Below, piece after piece: positions 31,767 to 32,000 of a DNA stretch of 32,000 nt; the first letter of the stretch is position 1; every line of letters starts with the position of its first letter. The notes under the pieces are model-generated. The model did no database searches. It worked only from the letters and a program-made list of their open reading frames with translations, and was not told the origin of the DNA. Origin of the DNA: Chlamydiota bacterium (lineage in GTDB: Bacteria; Auribacterota; JACPWU01); assembly GCA_016196885.1 (NCBI GenBank), contig JACPWU010000026.1, forward strand, positions 10,082-42,081, read 5' to 3'. The position numbers were made by a program, and so were the translations under genes.

Positions 31767-32000
31767 TCATTTTAAAAGATCCATTTCCAGAAGAACTTCT
31801 AACAGTATCTCACCCCGTTGTATGTTCGTCAAGGATTTTTTGAATATTTTTTGAATAATTTTTAAAAATCTTTTTTTGCTTATTTCGATGGCTACAATTT
31901 TTTTTTGAGGAACTTGTTCCGCATGAGAGAGGAGAAGATCACCACGGCCGGGGCCAATTTCGAGAATATTACCAAAAAATTCAGACGGGACTGCCGGATA
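31767..32000 (-). pseudogene. TrmB-like SAM-dependent methyltransferase, N-terminal portion only (start outside the window, premature end)
   Basis: The minus-strand frame is open from the window edge: YPAVPSEFFGNILEIGPGRGDLLLSHAEQVPQKKIVAIEISKKRFLKIIQKIFKKSLTNIQRGEILLEVLLEMDLLK*. The EIGxGxG...P....vaIEi...........l.Ni pattern follows tRNA (m7G46) methyltransferase TrmB. The frame stops about 25 aa after motif II, before the expected FPDPW block. This ORF is not in the supplied track. Confidence 0.45.

Overview
This is a bacterial chromosomal segment, AT-rich by eye and densely coding. All genes are on the + strand except one tRNA, one glycoside-hydrolase-like gene and a truncated methyltransferase at the right edge. 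Positions 1-17500 hold housekeeping genes: a LysM protein fragment, phoH-ybeY, a DgkA/PAP2 fusion, DUF502, recO, glyQ-glyS, ppdK, an RpoD-family sigma factor, apt, tRNA-Arg(CCT), a TPR membrane protein, an outer-membrane beta-barrel, tRNA-Gln(CTG), tRNA-Glu(CTC) and ppc. The phoH...recO-glyQS...sigma order resembles the order I recall from Firmicutes. Positions 17600-31200 look accessory. They start with a perfect-consensus sigma70 promoter driving a 1039-aa secreted orphan protein that has TraB/GumN/Tiki-like motifs and is translationally coupled to a small TPR protein. Next come a roughly 210-nt GC-rich ORF-free segment with nested long-range pairings (candidate structured RNA) and an atypically long 755-aa PGI-family protein that appears to carry a partial internal duplication. 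Last is a cluster of four secreted proteins sharing one N-terminal CBM-like beta-sandwich module, three of them fused to glucoamylase-like/GH144-like (alpha/alpha)6 domains. The non-coding DNA is unusual throughout. Most intergenic gaps contain hairpin elements whose arms are built from degenerate heptanucleotide tandem repeats, and at least two sequence families recur. A GTAG-headed REP-doublet (REPIN-like) element occurs in 3.5 copies. No CRISPR array, transposase, integrase or recognisable defence genes were seen. All functional calls rest on motif recognition by eye, and no database search was possible.
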